Under the pieces are notes generated by a model. It ran no database searches, had not been told where the DNA came from, and saw only the letters and a program-made list of their open reading frames with translations. Positions 62,756-64,000 of a stretch of DNA of 64,000 bases are shown in pieces. The DNA lies in NCBI RefSeq assembly GCF_018977255.1, contig NW_024704742.1, forward strand, positions 28,274,001 through 28,338,000. Reading direction: 5' to 3'. The DNA comes from Callorhinchus milii (Eukaryota). The first letter of the stretch is position 1; every line of letters begins with the position of its first letter. The translations under genes and the position numbers were made by a program.

Positions 62756-63594
62756 ATGTGAAAATTAGAGCTTAATAACATTGTAATACAAAAAGTAACT
62801 TTGCTGCTTACAGAAAAGGAATAAAATGTCACAGCCTTAAACCTTACCTTTTGATATAATTAAGTGGTTTGTACATCTCATGATCTGAAGTAAAAAATCA
62901 CCTCGAAAGATAACATGGTAAAGAAGCTAAACACTACTGAATATCAGTGAGTTTCCAGGCAACAGTGCAAAAATGAGGAAATGTCACAGTTTGATCTTAC
63001 AAACAGTAAAAAACCCTGAACTGACCAAACATCCGAGATGCTGCATAATTTACAGCCTGGACTCTCCTGAGGAATCTCCAACCCGCAATGAGCACTGCTT
63101 TCTGCTGAGAAAAACAAGTCTTTTCAAAACTGGTTGGAACTACTAACTTGGAAGTGAGAGGCACAATCCTCATGAGGATAATGATATGCAATAATGTTGA
63201 TGGTTCAATCCCAGTTGTTCAGCAGAAGATTATTGCATAGGAAGAACTGAGGGGTAATTGGGAGCCACGTGCTTGTGATGTTACAAGTGAGATAGTGCTG
63301 CATTGATGATTGTGTACATTCAATGTTCAAATTAACCTGAAGATTCTGGTAGTTTTACACAGAGCACTAGTTCCTAGATTAGACTTTTACAACACGTATG
63401 AATGTTTAGAGAGGATCAAGTCATGACCATTGAAATGGAACTAGACCCATTCTTTTTTTTTAAACTATGGGACATCTTGTGGATCTGCATCTGTAGCATT
63501 TAAGCGTGTTAAGTCTAAGTAGGTACAGGGATTAAATAAATGTTATATTATGTAGAGGCTTCTGTAGTATTACACAGTATTCATAGAATGTTCA

Positions 63595-63650
63595 GCAACA
63601 AGTTGTATTTATATAGCAACCTTCATATGGCGTAATGTCTCGAAGCGCTT
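63595..63650 (-). mobile_element. L2 tail-only fragment
   Basis: CAAGTTGTATTTATATAGCAACCTTCA...GTCTCGAAGCGCTT. Confidence 0.7.
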
Positions 63651-63702
63651 ATCAGTGACATTTCAAGAGGGCTTAAGGAAGATATTCCCAACAATATTCC
63701 CA

Positions 63703-63780
63703 CAGCAGCCAATTGTGCATGGCAGTGTCCCACAGGCAGTCACGGATTGAGTGACCAAATTACTTGTTGTATTTTCCCCG
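63703..63780 (-). mobile_element. SINE middle fragment
   Basis: GCAGCCAATTGTGCATGGCAGTGTCCCACA...GGATTGAGTGACCAAATT. Confidence 0.8.
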
Positions 63781-63812
63781 ACGACACCCGCACGCTCCCT
63801 CTCCAAAATGTT

Positions 63813-64000
63813 AGGACCTGGGTTAAATTCCCAGGCAGGGTGAAACGTTAGGCAAGTTTCCTTACTCCACATGCCTCTGTTTGCCTAGCAGTAAATAGGA
63901 ACCCGGTTGTTAATAGATTGGTGGATCACTTTTCCTGGGGGTAATAATCCCTTCAAAAATAAATAAATAAACAAAAATAATAAAAATGTGGTCACTCAAT
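63813..64000 (+). mobile_element. CORE-type SINE, long form, running off the window end
   Basis: GGCAAGTTTCCTTACTCCACATGCCTCTGTTTGCCTAGCAGTAAATAGG. Confidence 0.9.

Noticed and set aside
6240..63650. Minus-strand excess of L2 fragments as a sign of host-gene orientation
   Set aside because: About 13 minus versus 9 plus; not distinguishable from chance
1..64000. CRISPR array, operon or prokaryotic defence system
   Set aside because: Vertebrate repeat-rich DNA; no regularly spaced repeats and no gene-dense ORF structure

Overview
AT-rich (about 40% GC by eye) vertebrate genomic DNA, intronic or intergenic, with no recognisable intact protein-coding gene, rRNA, tRNA or CRISPR array. The repeats are L2 LINE fragments, shark-type CR1 3' ends, SacSINE1-like Deu-domain SINEs, a CORE-type tRNA SINE and AmnSINE2-like relics. 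This set points to a cartilaginous fish, plausibly a chimaera such as the elephant shark; that is my inference from remembered repeat consensus sequences, not a database result. Nearly all recognisable ORFs in the track are decayed L2 reverse-transcriptase pieces or SINE read-through. The most informative signals are: (1) three SINE groups sharing one 3' half, with a visible head swap, a ~63-bp CORE deletion and a tail-loop switch that matches the youngest L2; (2) a fossil PIF/Harbinger transposase C-terminus at ~27.6-27.9 kb and a palindromic MITE-like family with at least 3 copies; (3) many nested insertions, several with target-site duplications (TSDs), that give a relative chronology; (4) a speculative chain of four phase-compatible + strand exon candidates at 42.9-57.2 kb. 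I see no convincing evidence of a new biological system. Boundaries of old repeats are approximate (about +/-20 bp).
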